This document shows, piece after piece, positions 14,830 to 22,337 of a stretch of 25,873 nucleotides of DNA. Position 1 is the first letter of the stretch; each line of letters begins with the position of its first letter. The notes beneath the pieces are model-generated. The model made no database searches. It was not told the origin of the DNA and saw nothing but the letters and a program-made list of their open reading frames with translations. The DNA comes from a virus. Its lineage: Duplodnaviria > Caudoviricetes. The DNA lies in the IMG/VR virus record IMGVR_UViG_3300044798_000623, positions 1 through 25,873 of that record; one strand, 5' to 3'. A program made the position numbers and the translations under genes.

Positions 14830-16056
14830 TCATTGCTTTGAACCTTCCACTGCAGTTTCGGGCTGCACTTTTTCTTCCCACAGTTCCCAGCCGAGCTTGA
14901 TCGCGTTCTTGCGGAACTCATTTTGGCGGATAAAGCCAAGCTCAGCAGCCCTAAGCATGTCCCCCATACTGGCTTCCTGTGTTTTGGGAGAACCCCATTG
15001 CAAGCGCGCCTGCGCTTTCATCGAATCCACTCCTGCCTGAGCCAGAACCACGTCGAAAAGTTCTCTTTCAACTTGGCGTTTGATATATCTCTGAATAGGT
15101 TTGATGAGCATGTTCTGCAGCTCCAGAGCCGCTTTTGCTGAGGCCTCGGTGAAGCCCGGCGTGCTGAACAGCCGCGGCAGAGGGGTCTCGCATCCGAGGT
15201 AGAACTGGTTTATCAGATGGTCCACGTAATATTCAAAACGCGCTCGCGGATCGAGCGTCACTGGCCGTATGTCGCCTTTTCCGTTGTAGAAGAGCCAAGC
15301 GCCTTCTTCGCCGCGGTTCTTGATGGCTTGCTCGAACTTTCGTATGGTGCCTTCATCCGCCCTTTCGAGCAGAGCCAAAACGTCTGGTCCAGCGTATTTC
15401 TCAAAGATTCTCGGCATTATACGCTCTATTTTTGCTTTCATCCATGCAAAAGCGGGTCGCTTATCTGACTGTAAAGTCAAAGAGTGAAGAAGAACCTGTA
15501 AGACGCCGGTCCCATAACCGGAAAAGTCAAGGCAGTTTATCCGCCAATGAATGACCGCTTCTGCAGCGAGGTTTTCGCCGCCATAAGCTTGCCGCAGCTT
15601 GTAACTTTCAATCTTGTAAGGTATTTTCAGCGTCTTTTCTTCTATGAAGCTTTGTTGGATGCGCTCAACAGTGTCTACTGGCAGCCTGTGCAGCTCCACC
15701 AGTTTTTCAGGAGTTAGTTTTAGCCAGAAGTCGTTTCCGCAGGCAATCAGCCCTCGTGCCATATCGCAGAGCAACGCATCTAAGTTAACATTTTCATTGA
15801 ATCGATCCACGACTCTCTTGGCTTCTCCAGCCTTTTCGTAGTTTTCATCGACTGTTGTGTAGAAACCCGCGCCCACCGCTGAAGCTGCCAGCAAGTCAAC
15901 GCTTGCTTTGCATGTCGGATCGCATGCGTAAAGCTTCATCACTTCAGCCAAGGGAACGCTTGGCGTTTCGTAAACTAGGGCTTGTTGCGGAAAAGCATAC
16001 CCGCTTCTGGTTTTAAATGAGAAGGCTTCGGTTAATCGCCTTATCGCCTTGCTCAT
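14830..16056 (-). CDS. phage portal protein
   Basis: 408 aa; LIACGNDFW, LHRLPVDTV, VIHWRIN...YGTGVL, IKPIQRYIKRQVEREL, IRQNEFR. Confidence 0.9.
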   Translation of the reverse strand: MSKAIRRLTEAFSFKTRSGYAFPQQALVYETPSVPLAEVMKLYACDPTCKASVDLLAASAVGAGFYTTVDENYEKAGEAKRVVDRFNENVNLDALLCDMARGLIACGNDFWLKLTPEKLVELHRLPVDTVERIQQSFIEEKTLKIPYKIESYKLRQAYGGENLAAEAVIHWRINCLDFSGYGTGVLQVLLHSLTLQSDKRPAFAWMKAKIERIMPRIFEKYAGPDVLALLERADEGTIRKFEQAIKNRGEEGAWLFYNGKGDIRPVTLDPRARFEYYVDHLINQFYLGCETPLPRLFSTPGFTEASAKAALELQNMLIKPIQRYIKRQVERELFDVVLAQAGVDSMKAQARLQWGSPKTQEASMGDMLRAAELGFIRQNEFRKNAIKLGWELWEEKVQPETAVEGSKQ

Positions 16057-16057
16057 T

Positions 16058-16297
16058 TTAGAGGGCCTCCAGAAATTTAGCGCCTTTTTCGGTTATCACG
16101 TAGGCAGCGCGGTGTTTCTGCTCGCTTTTCCGAACGTAGCCGCTCTGAATCAAATAGCGGAATATGCCCTCGAAAGTAGCGTGAGTGCCGGACTTTTTAA
16201 CGGTTCTTTTTTCGAGTTCTGTTCGGCAAAGGGGCTGCCTATCAAGCTCTTTTAACACGGTTTTTGCCAAGTGCATTCTTTCGGTTAAACGTCTCAT
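16058..16297 (-). CDS. winged helix-turn-helix DNA-binding protein
   Basis: LIQSGYV...YVITEKGAKFLEAL wing motif; start set at MRRL overlapping the previous stop. Confidence 0.8.
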   Translation of the reverse strand: MRRLTERMHLAKTVLKELDRQPLCRTELEKRTVKKSGTHATFEGIFRYLIQSGYVRKSEQKHRAAYVITEKGAKFLEAL

Positions 16298-16548
16298 GTG
16301 CAAACAACCTCTACGGGTTTTTGAGTGCTAAAAAATGGGGGAAAATGAAGAGTGCAGACCATCAGCACAGCGAGGTCCCTTCTGTCGTCGAAGCCGTAAG
16401 TGTTGAGGGCAAGGTCAGGGGCGTAGGGCGTCATTTCGGCCCCGCACATTTGGCATTTTTGCCAGCAGTCACAGGCAACAATGTCGCCTTTTCTGTCCGA
16501 GTAATGCGTTTTTCCGCACAGGGGACATTTGCCTTCATACTTCGCCAT
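16294..16548 (-). CDS. small Cys/His-rich zinc-binding protein
   Basis: CPLC, CDC, CQMC, CTLH in 84 aa. Confidence 0.75.
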   Translation of the reverse strand: MAKYEGKCPLCGKTHYSDRKGDIVACDCWQKCQMCGAEMTPYAPDLALNTYGFDDRRDLAVLMVCTLHFPPFFSTQKPVEVVCT

Positions 16549-16573
16549 TTTTCTGCCTTACCCCTTTGTCAGC

Positions 16574-17527
16574 TTACAGTGCAGTGGATATGTTGGTCAT
16601 TTTCGCGATTGCCTTGCTGCGGAGAATGCCCACGCCGAAGCGGGTCGTAGCCCTAACGCCGTATTTGCCGTTCTTTATGTCTTCCCAGTCTTCAACGGTT
16701 ATATCCCGTCGCAGGAGCATCACCGACGCCACTCGCGTGTCTACGGCGTAGGCTGTCCCGTTGGGCACCAGCGTGCTGGCTTGAACTCGCATGCCCAAAA
16801 CGCTTGTGACGGTGCCTTGCTCCATGTCCGTCTGTCCTGCTGGCAAGTACTGCGCGTGGATAAACTTGTCATCCGTCAGCAACTGATGCAGTTGCACTTC
16901 GTTTACTGTTAAGACTGCGGGTCTCCAGTTTTCCCCTCTAACCGCGTTGTGAAGCTTGACCAGCCCGTTCCAGTTCATGGCTGCTCCGCCCTGGCTTATC
17001 GGCGCTCCGCCAGCCAAATCCGCGTCAGCGATTGCTCCGTAAAGCGCTATTATCCTGTTTGTTTCTTCTTCGCCCAAGGCTCTGCCGACTTTTTCGACCA
17101 TGTTGTCCATGACGTTCCATGTGGCGTCTTCCAGAAACTCGCGAGTCCATTCCTCTGACGCTTCGGCGAGAACGTTCGTGTAAACGTCGACCGTGCTGTT
17201 CTTCTTGCCGCTTAAGCGTGTTGCTGCGCCTTCTGCGTAGCGGTAAGCAACAGCCTTCTCGTCCAAGGGGAACCTTTCCATCGCCTCAGTTGTAGGCCGC
17301 ACTGTAATTACGCCTCTGCCAATCATTTCCGGGTAAGCAGCCTGTACAAGCGTGTCGTGCAAGCGTCCTAACGCGCTTACCGTGTCGCTGAACAGGCCTT
17401 CTCTGACGCCTACTTCGCAGTAACGCTTGAGAAACGGATGCACGCTCGTCTTATGCCTCAGGTTTTCTATGTGTTCTTTGAACTCGCCGTCTCGCTGCAT
17501 CAAAGATTCAAAAAGTTTCGGTTTCAT
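16574..17527 (-). CDS. major capsid protein (HK97 fold)
   Basis: E-loop EGA motif, WTREFLEDA, VGRALGEEE spine helix, VLGMRVQASTLVP, RFGVGIL. Confidence 0.9.
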   Translation of the reverse strand: MKPKLFESLMQRDGEFKEHIENLRHKTSVHPFLKRYCEVGVREGLFSDTVSALGRLHDTLVQAAYPEMIGRGVITVRPTTEAMERFPLDEKAVAYRYAEGAATRLSGKKNSTVDVYTNVLAEASEEWTREFLEDATWNVMDNMVEKVGRALGEEETNRIIALYGAIADADLAGGAPISQGGAAMNWNGLVKLHNAVRGENWRPAVLTVNEVQLHQLLTDDKFIHAQYLPAGQTDMEQGTVTSVLGMRVQASTLVPNGTAYAVDTRVASVMLLRRDITVEDWEDIKNGKYGVRATTRFGVGILRSKAIAKMTNISTAL

Positions 17528-17538
17528 GCAAATCCCTT

Positions 17539-17964
17539 CTACACTTGGATGAATAGCAAGTCGTCTGCGGCTGTTGTGGTTTCCAAGGCTGTTCCGAGCT
17601 TGCGATTATAATAGATCGTGTATGAGGCTGTTCCTCCCTCGTTTACGGCTTGATCCGCCAGTTGCAGCACTCGTTTTGAGGAATCAGCACCGTAAACCGC
17701 TTTGCCTCGGGTTATGGCGCCACCAGCTTTGACTTTGACTCTTCCATAAATCAGCACTGGACACTGCTCGGCAGCAGCAACGCTTTTAACTGCTACGCCT
17801 ATGCAGTCTTGGGCTGCGGTTGCAGGGGAAACCTTATCGTCAGCACTTAAGTAAACTGGGTCGCCCTTTGTCACAGATGCTGCGGCTTCGAAGGATCTTA
17901 TTATGGCGTTGGGGTCGTCTGTTTCGCCTATTGCCATCCAGCTTTTTCCCGTTAAATCAGTCAT
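17539..17964 (-). CDS. capsid decoration/cement protein (DUF2190-like)
   Basis: VTKGDPV, IGVAV, GRVKVKAGGAITRG, LGTALE; lies between protease and capsid genes. Confidence 0.8.
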   Translation of the reverse strand: MTDLTGKSWMAIGETDDPNAIIRSFEAAASVTKGDPVYLSADDKVSPATAAQDCIGVAVKSVAAAEQCPVLIYGRVKVKAGGAITRGKAVYGADSSKRVLQLADQAVNEGGTASYTIYYNRKLGTALETTTAADDLLFIQV

Positions 17965-18015
17965 TTTTCATCTTCACTCCAATTTTTTCTTCGTTTTCAC
18001 CGAGTTCATCCTCAG

Positions 18016-19185
18016 TTACTCACGGTCATCACCGTGACCATCCTGCAAGGTTCGAAGTTTCAGGATAACCCTGCGCAGTTCCTGGCACATTCTCTGAGGT
18101 CCAAGACTCCAACTTCGCTGGATAAGGGGACTTGGCAGAACCGCCTCGATCAAGTTCACCGCTTTGCCTATCGATATCACCGGTTCTGCTGGCTTCTTGA
18201 AGAGGCTCTCAGGCACGACGCTCTTGTTTGGAAGGTTCGAGTTTGAAGCGGAAAGCATGTAGTTAGGATGAAGTGAGAGCCAATCCTGAATCTTGATCTG
18301 ATCCCACATCTTCTCTTTAGAAAACAAGATGGCTTGGACGCGCTGGGCTTCTGGCTGCTGTCGCGGTTTTCCCATTATGGCTAGAATTCCGTTTTCTTGG
18401 TCAAGCCAGATAGTGCTGAAATGTTCGGGCACGAAAGCTGAAGCTTCCTGGTAAAAACCGAGGATGTACTCGCCAGCGATTATAGGCTCGAACCCTTGTT
18501 CCTTGACCTGCAATTTTTCCATAATCTGGATGTTGGCATCTGGCATTCCCGGCACGGCCACCAGGCTCATTTCGGCGTTGTACAGTCCGTGGGGGATTTT
18601 TCCGTCAATAATGTCTATGGTTTCGTAGTCTGCTCCGACGCTTACGTGCCTGATTAAGCCTTTGCGAATCTTATCGGCTGTTTCTTCATCGTAGATTTCT
18701 GCTTCGTACCATAAGCGCTGTCCGTCCCATTCGGTTTTGGTGACTTTGCCAACGGCGTTTGTTGTGGTTACGTGCTCTATGTAAACGGGTGCGTCAACGA
18801 GTTTGCCCGCGAAAGTTTGCAACTCGTCGGGCGCATAAATGTTGAAGTTTCTGCTCATGCCAGTGGTCATGGCTAAGCCGCGTATTCGCAGGGGTTTCTC
18901 CGTAATTTTCTCGGCGATTGTGAATGGCAAAACCGCGTAGACGTGCTCTTTAGCAGGGTTATGATGTTTTTCGAACCATTCTTTGGCTTTTTCAACGGTC
19001 CAGCCCTTGTCTTTCTCGAAAAGGTAGCTCTGGACTTCCATCGTGTCTTTGCCTTTTGGTTTGCCGATTACGGCTTTGATTCCCTCTTTTTCGCTCAAAG
19101 TGATGGTTTTGAGAGTGTCACTTTGAAACTCCGTGGGATCTCGGTGCCCGCTTCGGATGAGTTGTTCCGTGTTTTCCCATGGCAT
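18016..19185 (-). CDS. prohead protease flanked by two copies of a ~70-aa accessory domain
   Basis: PVYIEH, VGKV, HVSVG, EMSLVAVPG protease motifs; start set at MPWENT after GAGG/AAGGA. Confidence 0.85.
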   Translation of the reverse strand: MPWENTEQLIRSGHRDPTEFQSDTLKTITLSEKEGIKAVIGKPKGKDTMEVQSYLFEKDKGWTVEKAKEWFEKHHNPAKEHVYAVLPFTIAEKITEKPLRIRGLAMTTGMSRNFNIYAPDELQTFAGKLVDAPVYIEHVTTTNAVGKVTKTEWDGQRLWYEAEIYDEETADKIRKGLIRHVSVGADYETIDIIDGKIPHGLYNAEMSLVAVPGMPDANIQIMEKLQVKEQGFEPIIAGEYILGFYQEASAFVPEHFSTIWLDQENGILAIMGKPRQQPEAQRVQAILFSKEKMWDQIKIQDWLSLHPNYMLSASNSNLPNKSVVPESLFKKPAEPVISIGKAVNLIEAVLPSPLIQRSWSLGPQRMCQELRRVILKLRTLQDGHGDDRE

Positions 19186-19310
19186 TTTTCCTTCGACCTC
19201 ACACAACTAATACCAAACTAATATACTGCGAAACTGAAAAGGCGAATTGTACCGTCTGCGAAACCGTATGCGGGTCCTTCCAGCGATCCTTCCGCAAAAA
19301 GTGATGCCCT

Positions 19311-19490
19311 ATGCCTCGGAAATGCGTGGTTAGAGTATGGTTGAGTAAGGAGCAACGGGAGATTTTGAATGAGTTAGCGAGGCGGTTGGGCACTAGCGAG
19401 AGTGAGACTTTGCGGATGGCTTTGATGGATTATGCTAAAGAATTGAGTTTGATGAAGGAAACCATTCATCGAGGCAAAAACCAGATTTAA
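19311..19490 (+). CDS. CopG-like ribbon-helix-helix regulator (59 aa, not in the ORF track), divergent from the virion operon
   Basis: MPRKCVVRVWLSKEQREILNELARRLGTSESETLRMAL. Confidence 0.85.
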   Translation: MPRKCVVRVWLSKEQREILNELARRLGTSESETLRMALMDYAKELSLMKETIHRGKNQI

Positions 19491-19644
19491 ACTATCAACA
19501 AATCCGCGGTTGAACAGAGTTCCGATTCCGATTTAGTGCTCAAAAAAAGCCAATCGCGAATTAACTTTAAATGCGAATGCTGTTATACTATAGGCAATCG
19601 CCCTTTGAGTAACTTAGAATGTCACACGTGGTAGGGTTTAGATA

Positions 19645-20007
19645 TTGACAACAAAAACAAGAGACTTCGATAAACTTTTACTAAACGCCATCGACGAAGC
19701 CCTAAATTCTCTGGGGGAATCAGTGAAACAATCAATATACTTCCACATCGAGAACAAATTCAGCGTGGCAAGAAACGAAATCCCCGAAAACATAGAAGAA
19801 TTCCAAGGGGGCCTTGAAAAAATCTTCGGCACGGGCGCGCGCTTTATAGAGATTATGATAATGAAAAATCTTCACTCAAAAATTGGCCTTCCGCTCTTAA
19901 TGGAAAAAAGCGGGCAGCTCGAATTCGTTGAATATGTGGATGTAGCGAAGCAAGGTTTTCTGAAGAAAAATCATGCAGCAGAAATAGTTAAGAGTAAATA
20001 CTCCTAG
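19645..20007 (+). CDS. archaeal hypothetical helical protein of a type often found near signalling genes
   Basis: AIDEALNSLGESVKQSIYFHIE...LEKIFGTGA pattern; TTG start. Confidence 0.7.
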   Translation: MTTKTRDFDKLLLNAIDEALNSLGESVKQSIYFHIENKFSVARNEIPENIEEFQGGLEKIFGTGARFIEIMIMKNLHSKIGLPLLMEKSGQLEFVEYVDVAKQGFLKKNHAAEIVKSKYS

Positions 20008-20181
20008 TTTTCTGAACACAGTTAACGGAAATTCATATCAGCGGTTCATAAAGGCTTTATCACCGCGTAATACAGTTGATTTTCAAATTCACAACTCACC
20101 CTGAGTATGTTTGCATGACAAAGATGTAGACGTGCCCCTTCTCGGCCCCATCAGAATTAGCATGCAAAAGATGCAAGACGA

Positions 20182-21051
20182 ATGTTGAGTTCCATGGGAA
20201 AAAGAAAAAACGGTATGGACCGAAAAACGATGAAGAAAACTGAAAAAACATTACAGAAGGAACTTTTCCGCTTGCTGGCTAAGAAAGAGGAACTAAGGAA
20301 AGCGCAAGAGCAACTTCTCAAATCCGAGCGCCTAGCCGCCATCGGCCAATTGGCAACAATGATCGGGCATGATCTACGCAATCCTTTGACAAGCATCATC
20401 GGATCCACGTATTACTTAGAAAAAAAGTTAGATTCAAACGCGGACAGCAAAATGAGAGAGATGCTGGGCATCATAAAGAAAAACGTAGAATACTTAAACA
20501 AAATCGTTAACGACCTTTTGGATTATTCTAGGGAGATCGTGCTAGAGTCAGCAACAAAGAACCCGAAAGCGATAATGAAGGAAACTCTGTGTGGCGTCAA
20601 GATACCTGAGAATATTCGTTTAGTAAATTTGACTAAGAGTCAACCGAAAATGGAGGTCGACCTAAAGGAGATCAAGTGTGCCTTCGTTAATCTACTCACG
20701 AACGCGATAGATGCAATGCCTGAAGGCGGAACCCTCAAGATAGAAAGCAAAAGAACAGGAGACAGCGTGATTTTCAGGTTCTCAGACACTGGGACAGGAA
20801 TCTCTCCAGACGCCATGAAGAACCTTTGGACTCCCCTCTTCACAACCAAGGCGAAGGGAATGGGCTTTGGTCTACCTGTATGCAAACGCATAGTGGAAGC
20901 TCATGGAGGCAGCATTTCAGCTGAAAGCAAAGTGAACAAAGGCTCAACATTTACTGTTACTCTTCCAATCGAATCAAAAACAAAAGAAGGAGGTGAAAAA
21001 GTATGGGCGAAACCGCAAGAATCCTCATCGTTGATGATGATGAGAATATAA
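20182..21051 (+). CDS. histidine kinase (HisKA + HATPase) without sensor domain
   Basis: H-box GHDLRNPL, N-box NLLTNAIDA, G1 DTGTGI, F-box LFTTK, G2 GMGFGL. Confidence 0.95.
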   Translation: MLSSMGKRKNGMDRKTMKKTEKTLQKELFRLLAKKEELRKAQEQLLKSERLAAIGQLATMIGHDLRNPLTSIIGSTYYLEKKLDSNADSKMREMLGIIKKNVEYLNKIVNDLLDYSREIVLESATKNPKAIMKETLCGVKIPENIRLVNLTKSQPKMEVDLKEIKCAFVNLLTNAIDAMPEGGTLKIESKRTGDSVIFRFSDTGTGISPDAMKNLWTPLFTTKAKGMGFGLPVCKRIVEAHGGSISAESKVNKGSTFTVTLPIESKTKEGGEKVWAKPQESSSLMMMRI

Positions 21052-21476
21052 GGAAAGTGCTGGAAACAATCCTTGCAGACGAGGGATACATTGTTGAATC
21101 AGCGGAAACAGCCAAAAAAGGCATAGAGAAAAGCGAGAAAGCGTTCTACAACCTGGCGCTGATCGACGTTCGCTTGCCAGACATGGAAGGCATAGAGCTC
21201 CTATCAAAACTGCGCAATACCAAGCCGAAGATGCGAAAAATAATAGTTACCGGCTACCCAACGCTTCAAAACGCCATTGCTGCGGTGAACAAGGGCGCGG
21301 ACGCTTACGTGATGAAGCCCTTCGACGTAGAGAGAATTCTTCAAACTATCAAAGAGCAACTGCACAAGCAAGAGGAAGAAAAGAGCTTCAGCGAAGAGAA
21401 AGTCGTCGAGTTCATCGAAACCCGCATCAAAGCATTAGAGACAATAGACCAGCAAGCAGTCAAAAAAGACGCTTGA
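21003..21476 (+). CDS. response regulator (receiver domain)
   Basis: ILIVDDD, LIDVRLPDMEG, IVTGY, KPF. Confidence 0.95.
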   Translation: MGETARILIVDDDENIRKVLETILADEGYIVESAETAKKGIEKSEKAFYNLALIDVRLPDMEGIELLSKLRNTKPKMRKIIVTGYPTLQNAIAAVNKGADAYVMKPFDVERILQTIKEQLHKQEEEKSFSEEKVVEFIETRIKALETIDQQAVKKDA

Positions 21477-21734
21477 AACCTTTTTCTTCGTTAGAACCTC
21501 CAATTCTACGCTTAGGGTTAGTTCTATCGAGAAAAAGGTAACTTACCCTTAACTTTTGGCGAACATTTCGCGGTTGTTAACGGAATTTTCGTCTTTTTAA
21601 TTTAATTTTGCTGCCCATTGAATTCCGTATTTCTCTCATGGTACTGTGGTTTTGTGCAGAAAATCTTAAGCATTTCCCTATTTCCCGAAAACAAGGCTCT
21701 TTTTCGAAAAGAACTTTTCTCATTGCTTTTTTAT

Positions 21735-21818
21735 TACTGCAATTGTGTGTAATTCAACGATGCTTTCTCGGAACGCTTGGCGGACTATTTCACAATTGCT
21801 GTGAGAACAGCTTAAATA
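21735..21818 (+). promoter_or_regulatory. paired pseudo-palindromic sites and TATA-like box upstream of nrdR
   Basis: TACTGCAATTGTG (21735-21747) and inverted CACAATTGCTGTG (21791-21803); TTAAATA at 21812-21818. Confidence 0.4.
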
Positions 21819-21881
21819 TGCGCTAAGCATAGCGTTTAGATCATCTCGTTAACACTATGAAACGACCAAATAGAGCGAGCT

Positions 21882-22337
21882 GTGAAAAACGTGAAATGTC
21901 CGTACTGCGGGTCTGAAGATTTCAAAACTCTGGAAACACGCGATTCGCCAGAGAACACTACGCGAAGACGCAAAGAATGCATCAACTGCGGAAAGCGCTT
22001 TACGACCTACGAGTACGTGGAAACCGTAGAGCTCATGGTGCGAAAAAAAGACGGCAAGCTTGAACGCTTCGACGTGAACAAGATAATCCGCGGCTTGCAG
22101 AAAGCCTGCGAAAAAAGACCCGTAACCATGGACCAGATCAACGAGTCAGCAGGCCGCGTGAGACAGGACCTCATGCTGAAAGGTAAAGAGGAAGTCACAT
22201 CTCAGGAAATCGGCGATTTGGTCATGAAATACCTGAAAAACCTCGATCGCATAGCGTACATTCGCTTTGCGTCGGTTTACAAGAAGTTTGAAGAGCCTGA
22301 AGACTTCAGGCGCGTGCTCCTTGAGGTGAAAAAATGA
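21882..22337 (+). CDS. nrdR: transcriptional repressor NrdR
   Basis: CPYC, RRRKEC..CGKRFTTYE, ATP-cone, AYIRFASVY; true start may be the second GTG. Confidence 0.95.
   Translation: MKNVKCPYCGSEDFKTLETRDSPENTTRRRKECINCGKRFTTYEYVETVELMVRKKDGKLERFDVNKIIRGLQKACEKRPVTMDQINESAGRVRQDLMLKGKEEVTSQEIGDLVMKYLKNLDRIAYIRFASVYKKFEEPEDFRRVLLEVKK

Larger units (their letters stand above)
3540..19490. other. siphovirus-type head-tail gene cluster lacking terminase, integrase and replication genes (GTA-like element or reduced provirus)
   Basis: Co-oriented, tightly packed structural genes, all apparently intact, with ordinary host genes on both sides. Confidence 0.8.

Noticed and set aside
3716-19185. Contractile injection system/tailocin or encapsulin
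   Set aside because: No sheath or baseplate wedge genes; portal, protease, connectors and tube accompany the capsid gene
3400-19640. att sites or tRNA bounding a provirus
   Set aside because: No tRNA, integrase or matching direct repeats noticed at the two flanks by eye; short repeats could have been missed
21510-21555. GGTAACTTACC palindrome and nearby TTAGGG-like words
   Set aside because: Single short occurrence with no supporting context
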